From NCBI GenBank assembly GCA_902493535.1, contig CABUQG010000007.1, positions 887 through 64,886 of the forward strand: 64,000 nt of DNA, given 5' to 3'. Of this stretch, positions 19,736 to 29,587 are shown in pieces. The stretch's first letter is position 1. The number at the start of each line of letters is the position of its first letter. The stretch is from an uncultured Collinsella sp. GTDB taxonomy: Bacteria > Actinomycetota > Coriobacteriia > Coriobacteriales > Coriobacteriaceae. Both the position numbers and the translations under genes were made by a program. The notes under the pieces are model-generated. The model saw only the letters and a list, made by a program, of their open reading frames with translations. It was not told where the DNA came from and made no database searches.

Positions 19736-20615
19736 ATGAACAAGCCGAGTGTTTCTGCCGGCGTCGTTGCCGGCGTTGCCCTGGGAGCCGCGGCGCTTGG
19801 TGCGGCCGCTGTCGCTGTTCGTGCTGCCTGCCTGCAGGTTGCGCGAACCCGCAATGGGTTGGCGCGTGTGAAGCGCGTGCACGATGGGGACGGCGATGAG
19901 ATTCGCGTATTGGTGCAAGGCGGCGTCTACCAAAGCGCAAGCGACATTGGCGAGCGTTGGACGGAGCCCGTCTTTGCGTACTATCGTGCGTTTGACGACG
20001 TGTTTGAGTCCGAGGATGCGATGCGCGACGCTTATGGTCACGGCATCGACCGTATGCTTATGCTGGGCGGCGGTGGGTTTGCCTATCCCAAGTTTGCGCT
20101 GATGTCGCACGAGAGCTTGCGCATGGACGTCATTGAGTACGATGCCGAGATTACGCGCCTGGCGCGCCGCTGGTTCTACCTAGACGAGCTGGAGCGCGCG
20201 GCGGGCGATCGCCTGCGAGTGATTACCGCTGAGGCTCGCTCGTATCTGGGTGTGACGAGCGTGGGCCATTGTCGCTACGACGTGGTCGTGAGCGATTGCT
20301 TTGGCGGTGCCGAGCCCGTACGCGAGCTGGCGACGGTTGAGGCATTGCGTTTGGTGCGGGGCAGCCTAAATGTCGGTGGCGTCTACGTTGCCAATATCGT
20401 GAGTGCAAACGAGGGGGGGCGATGTGACGTTCCTGCGCGACTGTGCCGCCACGGCGCTTGAGGTGTTCGACCATGCTTGGGTGGTCCCATGTGGCGATGC
20501 AGAGTTCGGCGGCGAGGAGAATTATCTGCTCATCGCCAGCGACGGCGACTACGCCTTTGCCGAAGCTGTGCCCTTCGACACCGACTTCCTCGGTACCGTC
20601 CTTCACGACAAGTAA
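19736..20615 (+). pseudogene. Spermidine synthase-like SAM methyltransferase, frameshifted at a G7 tract
   Basis: LMLGGGGFAYP...VIEYD...YDVVVSDCF. Removing one G from 20413-20419 joins it to the downstream frame (DVTFLRD...EENYLLIASD...) ending at TAA 20615. Confidence 0.75.
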
Positions 20616-20642
20616 GTCTCCCCGTCCCAAAAAAGACTGGTC

Positions 20643-23087
20643 TTAGGCGTGGTCGCGCCAGCTGAGGACGCGCTGCTTCATACCCTCGATGTCGAGCACG
20701 CCTTCGGCAAAGCCCTTGCGCACGAGCTCCTCGGGAACGTACTCGTCGTAGCGATCAAAATAAGGCACCTCGCCGGGATAGACGAGCTCGATGGGATCGA
20801 AGTCCTTTTCGGCCTCGGCGGCGAGCACCTCAAAGAACGTCTCCTCGTCGGCCTTCATCTTAAACTGCATAAAGTACGGGCGTGATGGGTCGAGTCCGCG
20901 AAGGCCCAGCTCCGCGGCGCACTTAATCTTGAGCATGCGCTCGAGTGCCAAAAAGGCGTAGCTGCCCAGCCAGGGGAAGAGCACCCAGGTGTCGCCACCC
21001 AGGTTGATGAGTGGCTTGGTCCCCGCGCCCGAAATCTCGGCCGTATGGCGAGCCTGTGCAAGACGTGCCCGTGCGTTGCCCATGAGATACGGATATGTTG
21101 CGTGCTCGTTGAGCGCCTTGCGCATGCGCTCGAGTACGTGCGTGTTGATGTCACCGGGACAGTCGCCAAAGTAGGCCGGCACACGGCCCTTGACCTGCGT
21201 GGCAAAGACGGTATGACGCTTCCAATCCACTTCCTCGACAATCCAGCAATGGCCTGCGATGGCGATGCGCTCACCGGGCGGTGGCGGATTGACGATTGTG
21301 CCCAGCTCGGCCGACTCGCTGCGAACGGTGAACTCCTCGTTTTCCTGGAACACGGCGTAGAACTTAAAGTTGTTGATGATGCGCTCGCCCGCGAGACCCA
21401 CGATGAGCCCGCCACCTTCGGTGACCTGGATATGGTCGATCTTAATGAGGTGACGCAGCAGCACACGGTAATCGTCTGCCGAGACACGGTGGAAATAGCT
21501 GAGCGTGAGCACGCGCTGGGCAAGTTCGGCCGGCGTGAGCTCGCCGGTGCTGGCGAGGGTCGACATAGTCTGGTGATAGAGCAGACTGTAGGGGAGTCGA
21601 TCGAGCTCGGGCGGCTCGACCCACTTTTCCTCGCGATAGAGTTGTACGAGCGCGATACCCTGCAGGAGCTTCCAGGGAATGGTTTCGGGCATCATCGTGC
21701 GCGGCTCGGGTTCTTCCTCGCGCATGACAAACCACATCTCGGGCGGAAGGTCGCGACGGCCTGTGCGCCCCATGCGCTGCAAAAAGGAGCTGACGGTAAA
21801 CGGCGCGTCAATCTGGAAGGCGCGCTCCAGGCGGCCGATATCGATACCGAGCTCCAGCGTAGAGGTGGTGACGGTTGTCTGCGCCTGCTCCTCGTCGCGC
21901 ATGAGCTCCTCGGCCGTCTCGCGCAGCGATGCCGAAAGATTGCCGTGATGGATGAGAAAGCGGTCGGGCTCGTGTCGACTTTCGCAGTAGCTGCGCAGCA
22001 TGGAGCACACGGCCTCTGCCTCCTCGCGCGAGTTGGCAAAGACCAGGCACTTGCGGCCGCGCGTATGCTCAAAGATATAGCCCATACCGGGGTCGGCGTT
22101 GTCGGGCGCCGTGTCGGTGGGGTTGAGAAGCGCCTGCTCGGTCGCTCGTGGGATGTCGACTTCGCCCTCGGGGGCCGAGGAAGTGCGACGGTCTTTGGGA
22201 GCGTCCTTGCCCCGCGCCTGCTCGCGACGTTGACGACGTTCCGCCTGTGTAAGCTGTCCGCTGTGGTGCATGTCTTGTCCGGATGCGGGCAGCGCCGCGG
22301 GTGCCACTGCCTCAATGCGCTCGCACGCAAGCACTTCGGCCTCTTGAGGACCCATGCTCTCGAATCCTCGCTGCTGTGCCTGGGGACCCGAGTTGTAGAA
22401 GTGCTCCATGGAGATACGCCACACGCGACGCGGTTCCTCAAAACGGGGGATAACGCAGTCGCGTCCCGTTCCCTGTGAGAGAAAGGCACCCGTGCGCTCG
22501 GGGTCGCCGATGGTGGCCGAAAGGCCAATGCGGCGGGGCTGCACGCCTGCCATGCGCGAGAGTCGCTCGATAAGGCAGAGCGTCTGCCCGCCACGGTCGC
22601 CGCGCATGAGCGAATGGACCTCGTCGATGACCACATAGCGCAGGTCGCAAAACATGCGCGGGATCGCCATGTGCTTATGGATTAAGAGCGCTTCGAGTGA
22701 CTCGGGCGTAATCTGCAAGATGCCGCTCGGTTTTTTGATGAGCTTAGCCTTGTGCGACTGCGAGACATCGCCATGCCAGTGCCAGACAGGGATATTGGCT
22801 TCTTCGCACAGGTCGTTGAGGCGGACGAATTGGTCATTGATGAGCGCCTTGAGGGGGCCAATGTAGAGGGCGCCCACGCTTGCGGGCGGGTTCTCCCAAA
22901 ACTCGGTCAGGATGGGAAAAAAGGCTGCCTCGGTTTTGCCGGAAGCCGTGGATGCCGTCAGGAGCACATTGTCCTGCGTGTTAAAGATGGCATCTGCCGC
23001 CGCAACCTGGATAGAGCGCAAGCTCTCCCAATCGTGGGAGTAGATGAAGTCTTGGATAAACGGGGCGTAGCGGTCAAAGGCGTTCAC
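20643..23087 (-). CDS. Lhr-like DEAD/DEAH helicase (Shango SngC-like)
   Basis: TASGKTEAAF, TPESLE, DEVH, SAT, HHGNLS, TLELGIDIG and QRMGRTGRR motifs; GTG start at 23087 with GAGGAGG SD. Confidence 0.88.
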   Translation of the reverse strand: MNAFDRYAPFIQDFIYSHDWESLRSIQVAAADAIFNTQDNVLLTASTASGKTEAAFFPILTEFWENPPASVGALYIGPLKALINDQFVRLNDLCEEANIPVWHWHGDVSQSHKAKLIKKPSGILQITPESLEALLIHKHMAIPRMFCDLRYVVIDEVHSLMRGDRGGQTLCLIERLSRMAGVQPRRIGLSATIGDPERTGAFLSQGTGRDCVIPRFEEPRRVWRISMEHFYNSGPQAQQRGFESMGPQEAEVLACERIEAVAPAALPASGQDMHHSGQLTQAERRQRREQARGKDAPKDRRTSSAPEGEVDIPRATEQALLNPTDTAPDNADPGMGYIFEHTRGRKCLVFANSREEAEAVCSMLRSYCESRHEPDRFLIHHGNLSASLRETAEELMRDEEQAQTTVTTSTLELGIDIGRLERAFQIDAPFTVSSFLQRMGRTGRRDLPPEMWFVMREEEPEPRTMMPETIPWKLLQGIALVQLYREEKWVEPPELDRLPYSLLYHQTMSTLASTGELTPAELAQRVLTLSYFHRVSADDYRVLLRHLIKIDHIQVTEGGGLIVGLAGERIINNFKFYAVFQENEEFTVRSESAELGTIVNPPPPGERIAIAGHCWIVEEVDWKRHTVFATQVKGRVPAYFGDCPGDINTHVLERMRKALNEHATYPYLMGNARARLAQARHTAEISGAGTKPLINLGGDTWVLFPWLGSYAFLALERMLKIKCAAELGLRGLDPSRPYFMQFKMKADEETFFEVLAAEAEKDFDPIELVYPGEVPYFDRYDEYVPEELVRKGFAEGVLDIEGMKQRVLSWRDHA

Positions 23088-23170
23088 GGGGCCTCCTCTC
23101 AAAAACGAATCTCTCAACGCGGCTGGCAACGGCTTGCTGCATTACTGCCTCAACGTTTGCCCAGATAGAA

Positions 23171-23203
23171 CCTACCAAAATAAACCTGTCCCTTTTTGGC
23201 AGG
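23171..23203. repeat. REP-like hairpin with GGGACAGG loop (minus orientation)
   Basis: cctaccaaaa/ttttggcagg stem; loop taaacctgtccct. Confidence 0.55.
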
Positions 23204-24508
23204 CTAGATGGTGAATTCGGCGAAGTTACGGTCGCCGTCTGCGGTGCCGGTGTCGCCTGTTGCGGCTGCCGGCGCCAGCGCGTCGCCACCAACGCTTTGC
23301 AGCAGCTCCGCCACATTTGCATCGGGGTTCTGACACAGGATATCGAGCAGTTCGATAAAGTCACGAATGACTTCACGCGGCGTCAGATGCGTGTCGGCTC
23401 CCACACGACCGAACTCGATCTTGAGGAAGTCCACCAAGTCGTTCTCGGTAAGCGTGGGCGTCCAGCCAAAGTAGCCGGCGTGAATTTGCATGAGTTTTTC
23501 GATCAGCACCAGCAACTCCTCATAGGTGAGTGGCTGCAGGCGGATGATGGGCGCGAGCATGTCCTTAAGGTCCTCGCGCGCAAAGCGGCCCTGAGCGAGT
23601 CGGCTGCGCAGGGCCTCGTAGGAGAACACGCCTCGGCGGCGGTCTTCGATAGAGGTTGGAGTGCCGCCCATGATCATGCCCAGGTACTGCGCCTTGCCCT
23701 GGAGCGTGTCGTTGTACATGGTCAGGATCTTCTCGTAGTTGTACTGGCGCGTGATTGCGTTGGGAATCTTATACAGATTCACGAGCTCGTCGATGAGCAC
23801 CAACATACCCTTGTAGCCGCCGCAGACCAAAAAACGCGCGATGAGCTTAACGTAGTCGTACCAGTCGTCATCGCTGATGATGGTCGAGGAGCCCAGCTCG
23901 GCGCGAGCCTCGCTCTTGGTACGGTATTCGCCGCGGATCCATTTGGTCACGCGGCTCATGGCTTCCTCGTCGCCCTCGGATACGGCCGTGCGATAGCGGC
24001 GAAGCATGCGGGTGAAGTCGAAGCCGTGGACCATCTCCTCGAGCGGGGCCAGTTGGGCATTGACGACCGACTCGTCGACGTCGGCACACGAGGCAACCCA
24101 GCGATCCAGAATAAGGTTGAGCGCACCGCCCTCGGGGCGCGTCTTGGTCGATATATTGCGTATGAGCTCGCGGTAGGTGGCAAGGCCCTGCCCCTGCCCG
24201 CCCTGCAGACGGCGCTCGGGGGATAAGTCTGCATCGGCGACGACGAATCCCTCGCCCATGGCATGCGTTCGGATGGTTTGGAGCAAAAAGCTCTTGCCGG
24301 CGCCGTAGCGACCGACCAGAAAGCGGAAGCTTGCGCCGCCGTCGGCGATGAGACTCAAATCGGTGAGCAGGGCGCGAATCTCGACCTCGCGTCCCACGGT
24401 GATATAGGGAAGGCCGATGCGCGGGACCACGCCGCCCTTGAGCGAGTTGAGAATGACGGCAGCGACGCGCTTGGGCACGCGGGGTGCTGCGGGTGCGGTA
24501 TCACTCAT
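23204..24508 (-). CDS. DUF2791/BrxD-like P-loop ATPase (Shango SngB-like)
   Basis: SLKGGVVPRIGL, GRYGAGKSF (Walker A), VLIDELVNL (Walker B), YEALRSRL. Confidence 0.88.
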   Translation of the reverse strand: MSDTAPAAPRVPKRVAAVILNSLKGGVVPRIGLPYITVGREVEIRALLTDLSLIADGGASFRFLVGRYGAGKSFLLQTIRTHAMGEGFVVADADLSPERRLQGGQGQGLATYRELIRNISTKTRPEGGALNLILDRWVASCADVDESVVNAQLAPLEEMVHGFDFTRMLRRYRTAVSEGDEEAMSRVTKWIRGEYRTKSEARAELGSSTIISDDDWYDYVKLIARFLVCGGYKGMLVLIDELVNLYKIPNAITRQYNYEKILTMYNDTLQGKAQYLGMIMGGTPTSIEDRRRGVFSYEALRSRLAQGRFAREDLKDMLAPIIRLQPLTYEELLVLIEKLMQIHAGYFGWTPTLTENDLVDFLKIEFGRVGADTHLTPREVIRDFIELLDILCQNPDANVAELLQSVGGDALAPAAATGDTGTADGDRNFAEFTI

Positions 24509-26261
24509 GGTCTAGGTATCCTCTCACGTCTGCTTCGTAGTCCTCGATAATTTGCGGTCCTGCCGCGCCAAATTCAATTACGGTGTCACCCACCAGGTCA
24601 AAGAGCGCCTCGTTGATGCTATCGACGAGCATGTCCTCGCTCTGTCCCGAGTGCGCCACTGCCGATGTCGCTTGCGCTGCGTTTTGCTCGAGCAGTGCGC
24701 GAAGGAAGGCATCTGCGGCAGGCGCGAGTTCGTTCGTGGCGTCAGCGGGCGCTGCCGCTGCGAACGCGGGCGTCGGCGCGAGAAGCGGTGCCACGACACC
24801 AAACTGTTCGGTGGATATGGTCGGCTCGTCGGCCTCGTCCTGCCGAATGGGTGCCGCGACCGCCTCGACCGTCGCGTCGGCTACGGGCTCGGCTTCCGGT
24901 TGCCCAGAGTCCGCTGCCTCGGCTTCTGCGGACGCGCCGTCCTCGCGTTCCTCGTCGATCAAAAGCGCTTCGCGCGTTTGCGCAGCGGCGCTCCGAATGT
25001 GCCCCAGCTGACTCAGATCGATATCGATCTTGACGGGCTGGTGTGCGGCGTCCCACGAAAGCCATGCCACAATCTCGTCATCGATAATCTTGGCCAGATA
25101 TTTGGGGACCTTTTCTTCCTTAAGGGGATGGGCGGGGTCCAGCGCCAGGCGCAGGCGTTGGTCGCAGGCGCGCATCATTTCACCGAGCTTGCTGCTCTTT
25201 TGCCTACTACCGTGGATACGCATGCATTCCCAAAAGCCGTTTTGGCAACGGTAGATATGGATAGGATCCAGGCGGTATTCGCAGTCCTCGTGGCGCTCGG
25301 GCGCAAAGAATACGGCCGAGGCAAACATGGTGTAGGGCATGGCCGTCTCCTCCCCAAATAAACTCGCCACGATGCCGGTCTTTCGGTGCGTGTCATAGTA
25401 GCGCGCCATACGGACATACACGGCGCATGCCACGTGGCGCAGATCGCGGTGGTGGCTGCGGTCGAGCCGCGAGTTACTTAGGTTGTACGTGGAGAGGGCG
25501 TTGATGGCGGCCATGAGTCGCTCCTCGCGCACCTCATCGGGCGGAAGGGGGAGCGTGGGCTCGGAGTTCTTGCGACGCTTGGGGGCCTGCCCGGACGGTG
25601 CCGGTGCAGGCGCAAGGTCTCGAGCCGCACGCCGCAGCTCGATAAGGGCGTTATCGAGCATGACGGTTTTAGAGTCACAAAGCAGCTTGGGGTCGAGCCC
25701 GTGGAACACGGCGTAATCCTGCAGCCACACGCGCGCAAACCGGTCGATGCCGGGCTCAAAGGCGCGATAGATATCCCAAAAAGCCTTGATCTTGTTAAAA
25801 CCATCGAGCGGATTATCTACACCAATGCCGCAAATCAGCTCATAGAGATACAGAAAGGCAAAGGACGTAGACGTTTCCTCGACGGTTCCGCGGCGCACCT
25901 GGGCACGCCAGGTAAAGTAGCCGCGCAGCTGCCGATCGCTCATGGCGTTGTAGGTGGGAAAGTACGACTTAAAGGTGCCGTTATAGGGACAGTCGTCCTC
26001 AAAGTCGGCCATCAGCAGGCCCTGGCGGTAAAAAAGCTCGGCCTCCGATAGCCAGCGGCCCGCGCCGCCCTTGGGGTCATCCTGCCAGCGCGATATCTCG
26101 CGCATCTTGCGGTATTGGTCGGGGAGGAAATTCTGCATCTGTCGGCCGGTTTTGAGAATCGGCTCGTCTGCGTAGATTTCGTTTGAGAAGCGGGCGGACT
26201 GATGGGTCCGGGCCTCGGCCATAATGCGCTCGATGAGCATCTTGATGTCCTGGTCGGCCAC
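24501..26261 (-). CDS. TerB N-terminal / TerB-C domain protein (Shango SngA-like)
   Basis: SYFPTYNAMSDRQLRGYFTWR...FAFLYLYELI (TerB_N) and C-terminal VDSINEALFDLVGDTVIE (TerB_C). Confidence 0.85.
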   Translation of the reverse strand: MADQDIKMLIERIMAEARTHQSARFSNEIYADEPILKTGRQMQNFLPDQYRKMREISRWQDDPKGGAGRWLSEAELFYRQGLLMADFEDDCPYNGTFKSYFPTYNAMSDRQLRGYFTWRAQVRRGTVEETSTSFAFLYLYELICGIGVDNPLDGFNKIKAFWDIYRAFEPGIDRFARVWLQDYAVFHGLDPKLLCDSKTVMLDNALIELRRAARDLAPAPAPSGQAPKRRKNSEPTLPLPPDEVREERLMAAINALSTYNLSNSRLDRSHHRDLRHVACAVYVRMARYYDTHRKTGIVASLFGEETAMPYTMFASAVFFAPERHEDCEYRLDPIHIYRCQNGFWECMRIHGSRQKSSKLGEMMRACDQRLRLALDPAHPLKEEKVPKYLAKIIDDEIVAWLSWDAAHQPVKIDIDLSQLGHIRSAAAQTREALLIDEEREDGASAEAEAADSGQPEAEPVADATVEAVAAPIRQDEADEPTISTEQFGVVAPLLAPTPAFAAAAPADATNELAPAADAFLRALLEQNAAQATSAVAHSGQSEDMLVDSINEALFDLVGDTVIEFGAAGPQIIEDYEADVRGYLDHE

Positions 26262-26298
26262 CGCTTCTCCTCTCCTAACGCAGCTTCGGTGACCTCAT

Positions 26299-26328
26299 AT
26301 CATAGCACAGCATCAAACAGGTGTTCGA
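26299..26328 (-). promoter_or_regulatory. Extended -10 promoter with LexA-like box over the -35 region
   Basis: Minus-strand TGcTATGAT (26307-26299); TCAAACAGGTGTTCGA (26313-26328) is one mismatch from TCGAAC-N4-GTTCGA. Confidence 0.6.
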
Positions 26329-26349
26329 GATACTGCTGCGTAGATAGAT

Positions 26350-27066
26350 TTAGAACAGGAGGGCGTAGATGACGGCGATGACGACGGAGGGGAGCATATT
26401 GGCCGTGCGGAAGGTCTGAGGACGGATGAGGTTGACGCCGACGCAGAAGATGAGCATGGAGCCTACGAGCGAAAGGCTGTCGAGGGCTGCCGTAGTCATG
26501 ATGGGGGAGAGTGCGCCGGCAAACAGCGTGATCGTCCCCTGGAACACGGCGACGGGCAGGGCGGAGAAAATGCAGCCGCGGCCAAGCGACGCCGTCATGG
26601 TGCAGACGATGATGCAGTCCAATGCGCCTTTCAGGGCAAGCGTTGACCAGTCACCGAGCAGACCGTCCTGGATCGATCCCACAATGGCCATGGCGCCGAT
26701 ACACACGGTGAGTGAAGTCGAGACAAAAGCGTTGGTGAACTCGTTATCGCCCTCGCTGCCGGTTTTGCGCTTGAGCCATTCGCCAAGGTTCTCGATGGCG
26801 GCCTCCAAGTTGATGGCCTCGCCGATGAGCGAGCCGAGGGCGAACGAGACGATGAGCATGGTGGTGCCGGTGGTCGCTAGCGCCTTCCCATCGATAAGGA
26901 GCATCTTTTGCATGGTGCCGCCAAGGCCGATAAACAGGACGCACAGCCCCGATGCTTTCATGAGCGTGTCTTGGATGCGCGGTGTAATGAAGCGGCCGCC
27001 CGCTAATCCCAAAAGACCGCCCGCAACTAAAAGCCCAACGTTGATGATTGTTCCCAAGCCCGGCAT
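26350..27066 (-). CDS. DUF554 family membrane protein
   Basis: GLGTIINV..., CIGAMAIVGSIQDGL and ANMLPS motifs; ATG 27066 with AGGAGG SD. Confidence 0.88.
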   Translation of the reverse strand: MPGLGTIINVGLLVAGGLLGLAGGRFITPRIQDTLMKASGLCVLFIGLGGTMQKMLLIDGKALATTGTTMLIVSFALGSLIGEAINLEAAIENLGEWLKRKTGSEGDNEFTNAFVSTSLTVCIGAMAIVGSIQDGLLGDWSTLALKGALDCIIVCTMTASLGRGCIFSALPVAVFQGTITLFAGALSPIMTTAALDSLSLVGSMLIFCVGVNLIRPQTFRTANMLPSVVIAVIYALLF

Positions 27067-27184
27067 GAGCCCTCCTGTATTGATGCCAACGTGGCAATCG
27101 TAGCAGAACGAAATGCGAGGTACATCGCGACTCATCTAATACGTTATATAAGTGGTATTAGGAATGATGCGCGGCATTTAAGCC

Positions 27185-28615
27185 TCAGGTGGTTGTCGGG
27201 ACATAGGGATAGTATTCAAAGCGCAGTGTCATAAGCCGCTGTGGGGATTCAATAGCCGCGGCGATGATATTGGCATCGCGGGCACGATCAAACCCTTCGA
27301 GTTCGATCTGATACGAGACGTCTTGCATAATGTCCAGACGTCGCCAGGCCAGGAGTGTGTCGCCATCGAATTCCAAGGTCTTGCCTCCGTCTGGAGCAAC
27401 GGCGTATAGACGCAGCTTGGCGGTGGTTGCAGGGTCGACAACTGTGACCTTTTTAATTTCGTTTCGAGTATTCTTGGCGCCCAACAAGGTGAGCAGTGTT
27501 GGGGCCACGACCTCGCCCGATGGCAAAAAGACGACTTCGATGGATTCAGGAAATGCGATGATAGCCGACTTGCGGACGGGCTGATTGGCGGCGGCAACTT
27601 CGATGTTCGCAGCGTCGATGACCTCTGTGTGGTCGAGCGCGGCAAGCACGCAGCAGTTACCTTCATCGATCTCTTGAGGATCAGCAAGCCCCAGACTGTC
27701 CGCGAGCTCGGGATCGTTTGGATCGGCAGCGGGCTCATTCGGCGCTTCGAGAGAAGCTGGGACGCTGTTTGTCGGCGACGGCGTGTCGCCCGCACCTGCT
27801 TCTTTGTCCGCGCTCTCTTCTTGTATGGTTGCGTTGATGGGTTCGTCGTTTGGGGGGAGCGTCTTGGCGTCAAACGCGGAGGGGAGAATTCCGATGGCTC
27901 CGGATCCGTTCCACTCCATTTCGAGAAGCGCCGGGTCGGCAAGAATGCGTTGCCTGCTTTGCGCGTGGGCATCGATTTCAATAGGGCCTGCCTCTATCCC
28001 TCGTGTAAGGCTGAGTGATCCGGCTGGCTTCTCGAAATGAGCGTCTGTGTCTTTGGTGCTGACGGCGTAGAACAGCAGGGACGCTTCTCCCGCCGCGATA
28101 ACATCGGTACCGGCTTTGGTCAGCCGAAACGATGCCGTGAATGAGAGGGTGGGCTGCGCATCGTCTGCATTCGCGGCGGCGCAGCCCAGACATATACCGC
28201 CTCCTTTCTCGAAAAACGCACCGTCGAAGGCGACCTTCGCTCCGTTCGCCGAGTCATCGACCGAAGCGATGTCGATGCGCAGCTCTAAATTGCATGGATC
28301 GCCATCTGCATCGAGCACAACCGAGCGCCACGTGCAGACGGCGCACCCCGCCTGGGAGCCGTTTGCCTTGTTCGAACGCTTGATATCCACGACTATCGAG
28401 CCGTCCGTATTACGACGAAGGCATCCCGAGGTTGAGATCACGGCCTGTGCGATCGAAAAACGCTCGCACGCAATGGCGCTCGACGGATTTGGTGCGGAAC
28501 TTAGGGCTACTGGTAAGGAGTCTGCCATGACGGGAGTCGCCCAAGCGGCGACAGGCGTTCCGGTTGCGAGCGCGCCGCAGAGTGCGACGACGGGCAAAAG
28601 GTTCTTCGATGCCAT
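27185..28615 (-). CDS. Secreted hypothetical protein
   Basis: Signal peptide (LLPVVALCGALATGTPVAAWA), acidic Pro-rich linker, AGGAG SD. Confidence 0.7.
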   Translation of the reverse strand: MASKNLLPVVALCGALATGTPVAAWATPVMADSLPVALSSAPNPSSAIACERFSIAQAVISTSGCLRRNTDGSIVVDIKRSNKANGSQAGCAVCTWRSVVLDADGDPCNLELRIDIASVDDSANGAKVAFDGAFFEKGGGICLGCAAANADDAQPTLSFTASFRLTKAGTDVIAAGEASLLFYAVSTKDTDAHFEKPAGSLSLTRGIEAGPIEIDAHAQSRQRILADPALLEMEWNGSGAIGILPSAFDAKTLPPNDEPINATIQEESADKEAGAGDTPSPTNSVPASLEAPNEPAADPNDPELADSLGLADPQEIDEGNCCVLAALDHTEVIDAANIEVAAANQPVRKSAIIAFPESIEVVFLPSGEVVAPTLLTLLGAKNTRNEIKKVTVVDPATTAKLRLYAVAPDGGKTLEFDGDTLLAWRRLDIMQDVSYQIELEGFDRARDANIIAAAIESPQRLMTLRFEYYPYVPTTT

Positions 28616-28633
28616 GGGGTCTCCTTAGCTAAT

Positions 28634-28915
28634 TTAGTGCGGCCTGTCCGTGTTTTGTTTCTGGCTGCGTTTGATGTGCAGACCGAGGCCGGCGGTTCCC
28701 GCGCCTGCTGCTGTGGCGCCTGCTGCCAAGAGCCATCGTCTGTCGCCTGTCTGCGCCAACGGTTCCTCGCGGTCGCCGCGGTCGAGCTCCGAGAGGTCGA
28801 CCGTCACTTGCGTGGCGGCCTGCGCCTGTTCTTGCTGGGCAAAGGCCATGGCTGGCCCAAACGCTAGGATGCTGACGGCGGCGGCCAGGGCGACGGCCTT
28901 ATGCCGTGTGCGCAC
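28634..28915 (-). CDS. Small sortase-anchored protein (LPXTG-like LAQTG); start uncertain
   Basis: Signal peptide ...PAMAFA; C-terminal PLAQTGD plus hydrophobic stretch and KRSQK tail. Confidence 0.65.
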   Translation of the reverse strand: MRTRHKAVALAAAVSILAFGPAMAFAQQEQAQAATQVTVDLSELDRGDREEPLAQTGDRRWLLAAGATAAGAGTAGLGLHIKRSQKQNTDRPH

Positions 28916-29498
28916 CGGGCTCGACCGTCCAGGTGATCGTCGCAACCTGATCGCCTTCGCCGGTTACGCGGAAGATGTCGCGCGTGACGCGGGCGACGTT
29001 TCCGCTTGTCTTGAGCTTGATTTTGTCCGTGCCGCCGGCAATGCCCTGGTAGCCCATGTCGAAGGCTGCATTCTTGGAAAGATCGAGGCCCGTCCCTTGC
29101 GCGGCGGCGCTGGCGTTCTGGAGCGCGCCGTCGGGGCCGACCTTAAAGTCGATGGAGTTCTGCGCGGTTCCGGCCTTGGCGTCGGCGGCAATGGTCCAGG
29201 TGTTCATGGCGTCGATCTTCATGTTGGTGACATGGATGCCGTAGGCCGAATGATTGTCGATGGTGGTCGCGTCTTCTGAGGGGCCCTGAAGCGTGCCGTC
29301 GGCCTTGGCGACGAAGGGAATAACCGTCGGAACTTTGAACTCAACGTTGTCGATCTCGGTCCTGACCATTACCTTCGTGGTTCCAACGCGCCCGGCTGCC
29401 ATAGCTGGCGTCGGGGCGGCGCCCATTGCGAGCGCGAGCGCGAGCCCTGTGCCCACGACGAGCGCTCTGACTCCGTTCATGTTCCTGGTGATGTCCAT
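28899..29498 (-). CDS. Secreted hypothetical protein (candidate fibre/pilin-like subunit)
   Basis: Signal peptide ...TPAMA; beta-rich body ending VATITWTV; GAAAGGA SD. Confidence 0.75.
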   Translation of the reverse strand: MDITRNMNGVRALVVGTGLALALAMGAAPTPAMAAGRVGTTKVMVRTEIDNVEFKVPTVIPFVAKADGTLQGPSEDATTIDNHSAYGIHVTNMKIDAMNTWTIAADAKAGTAQNSIDFKVGPDGALQNASAAAQGTGLDLSKNAAFDMGYQGIAGGTDKIKLKTSGNVARVTRDIFRVTGEGDQVATITWTVEPGAHTA

Positions 29499-29587
29499 GG
29501 TCGTTCCTTTCTATTCGCCGCGGGCCGTCCCCGCGATGATTGGACGAATGCTGGTGAATTGCATGCGGTGCCGTGTCGGCCGGAAGG

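Noticed and set aside
23204..24508. BREX system call from the BrxD-like ATPase
   Set aside because: No pglX/pglZ/brxC nearby; the context fits the TerB-ATPase-Lhr (Shango-like) trio.
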